Shown here piece after piece: positions 62,608 through 64,000 of a stretch of DNA of 64,000 bases. Under the pieces are notes generated by a model, which did no database searches, was not told the DNA's origin, and saw only the letters and a list, made by a program, of their open reading frames with translations. The stretch is taken from contig JABBAS010000010.1 in the NCBI GenBank assembly GCA_018607835.1, forward strand, positions 16,930 to 80,929. Direction: 5' to 3'. The DNA is from Methylobacillus sp. (GTDB lineage Bacteria; Pseudomonadota; Gammaproteobacteria; Burkholderiales; Burkholderiaceae_C). Made by a program: the position numbers and the translations under genes. Within the stretch, counting starts at the first letter, position 1. The number at the start of each line of letters is the position of its first letter.

Positions 62608-63909
62608 ATGTCTGGCTACTCAGACCCTGGCTTTGATACCCTGAGCCTGCACGCCGGGGCAGCACCCGATCCAACGACCGGTGCGCGCGCCGTTCCCATT
62701 CACCTCAGCACCTCATTCGTTTTTGAGTCAAGCGACCATGCCGCCTCGTTGTTCAACCTAGAACGCGCCGGCCATGTCTACAGTCGCATCAGCAACCCGA
62801 CCAATGCGGTCCTGGAACAGCGCGTCTCTGCCTTGGAAGGCGGCGTCGGCGCCCTCTCCACCGCGAGTGGCCAAGCCGCGTTGCATTTGGCGATCGCGAC
62901 GCTCATGGACGCGGGCTCACACATCGTCGCCAGTAGCGCGTTGTACGGCGGTTCGCACAACCTACTGCACTACACCTTAAGCCGCTTTGGCATCTCCACC
63001 ACCTTCGTACCACCGGGAGACGTGGACGCTTGGCGGGCCGCAGTGCAGCCGAACACCAAGCTGTTTTTCGGCGAAACCGTCGGTAACCCTGGGCTCGATG
63101 TATTGGACATCCCAACCATCTCTCAACTCGCGCATGACCATGGCGTTCCGCTCATGGTGGACGCCACACTCACCCCACCCTGGCTACTCAAGCCGCTGGA
63201 CCACGGGGCCGACTTGGTCATGCACTCCGCAACCAAGTTTTTAAGCGGTCATGGCACGGTCATTGGCGGTGTCTTGGTTGACGGCGGGGCGTTCGACTGG
63301 TCAGCCAGCCCCAAATTTGCCAACTTAAGCGAGGCCTATGACGGCTTCCATGACATGGTTTTCAGTGACGAGGCCACGGTCGGCGCGTTTCTGCTGCGCG
63401 CCAGACGCGAAGGGCTGCGGGACTTTGGTGCCTGCATGAGCCCGCACAGTGCCTGGTTGATTTTGCAGGGCATAGAGACCTTGGGTCTGCGCATGGCGCG
63501 TCACATGCAGAACACCGAAGCCGTTGTGGCCTTTTTGGCGGCGCACCCCATGGTCGAACGCGTCGGCCATCCCATGCTGGAAAGCCACAGCAGCCACGCC
63601 TTGGCCAAGCAACTGTTGCCGCGCGGCGCTGGCTCCGTCTTTAGCTTTGACATCAAGGGGTCCCGCGCCCAAGGGCAAGCATTTGTTGAGGCACTGCGGG
63701 TCTTCAGCCACCTGGCCAACGTGGGGGACTGTCGCAGCTTGGTCATTCAGCCGGCCAGCACGACCCACTTTCGTATGGATGCCGCCGCGCTCAAGCAGGC
63801 GGGCATCACACCGGGCACCGTTCGTCTGTCTATCGGCCTAGAGGATGCGGATGACCTCATCGATGACTTAAAGCGTGCCTTGCGCGTCGCAGAAAAGGTG
63901 CAGGGTTAA
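62608..63909 (+). CDS. metY: O-acetylhomoserine aminocarboxypropyltransferase / sulfhydrylase (Cys/Met metabolism PLP family)
   Basis: YSRISNPT, ASGQAA, PLP-Lys HSATKFLSGHG, LANVGD, VRLSIGLED. Confidence 0.85.
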   Translation: MSGYSDPGFDTLSLHAGAAPDPTTGARAVPIHLSTSFVFESSDHAASLFNLERAGHVYSRISNPTNAVLEQRVSALEGGVGALSTASGQAALHLAIATLMDAGSHIVASSALYGGSHNLLHYTLSRFGISTTFVPPGDVDAWRAAVQPNTKLFFGETVGNPGLDVLDIPTISQLAHDHGVPLMVDATLTPPWLLKPLDHGADLVMHSATKFLSGHGTVIGGVLVDGGAFDWSASPKFANLSEAYDGFHDMVFSDEATVGAFLLRARREGLRDFGACMSPHSAWLILQGIETLGLRMARHMQNTEAVVAFLAAHPMVERVGHPMLESHSSHALAKQLLPRGAGSVFSFDIKGSRAQGQAFVEALRVFSHLANVGDCRSLVIQPASTTHFRMDAAALKQAGITPGTVRLSIGLEDADDLIDDLKRALRVAEKVQG

Positions 63910-63912
63910 GCC

Positions 63913-64000
63913 ATGAACGTCACCATCAACGACGCCAACACCTTCATCTACACCGGCGGCAAGCCTTGGGTGGAAGGCCAGCCCACCGTGGTCATGATCC
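63913..64000 (+). CDS. Alpha/beta hydrolase, N-terminal fragment (runs off the window)
   Basis: MNVTINDANTFIYTGGKPWVEGQPTVVMI(H); begins 3 nt after the metY stop. Confidence 0.6.
   Translation, partial: MNVTINDANTFIYTGGKPWVEGQPTVVMI

Noticed and set aside
1-64000. CRISPR arrays, tRNA/rRNA genes, transposases, integrases, defence systems
   Set aside because: None were seen by eye; no regularly spaced repeats or relevant protein motifs. tRNAscan-SE, CRISPR finders and ISEScan were not run.

Overview
A densely packed (~57 CDS) core-genome segment of a betaproteobacterium. Gene order and protein sequences resemble Comamonadaceae/Burkholderiales; this is an inference. Contents in order: methylmalonyl-CoA pathway (pccB partial, meaB, scpA, divergent GntR); trhO and dusA; phaCAB; pgeF, NUDIX, parE-parC; MFS, dapA-bamC, roxA-like cupin, SlyD-like FKBP, dut; TRAP dctPQM; dxs-ispA-xseB; a Rieske oxygenase-EamA-sulfurtransferase trio; ZIP, dienelactone hydrolase, polA, thrB, uvrD, guaC, rsuA, scoAB; AhpD-like protein, thioesterase, an alanine/glycine:cation symporter, ETF-QO; a tandem glycine riboswitch heading gcvT-gcvH-gcvP-ltaE-(B12-binding radical SAM); DODA-type dioxygenase, aroC, CBS protein, metY-like enzyme and a truncated alpha/beta hydrolase. 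By eye I found no tRNA, rRNA, CRISPR array, integrase or transposase. The most interesting signals are mostly regulatory. (1) At least 11 housekeeping genes have a -10-like hexamer 6-8 nt before the start codon and no usable SD, suggesting pervasive leaderless mRNAs; one divergent pair has start codons 14 nt apart around a symmetric bidirectional -10 palindrome. (2) An uncharacterised cobalamin-binding radical SAM gene is attached to the glycine-cleavage/threonine-aldolase cluster. (3) The guaC 5' leader has a switch-like layout. (4) The glycine riboswitch has an extra linker hairpin. All motif coordinates were read by hand, and no database searches or folding programs were run.
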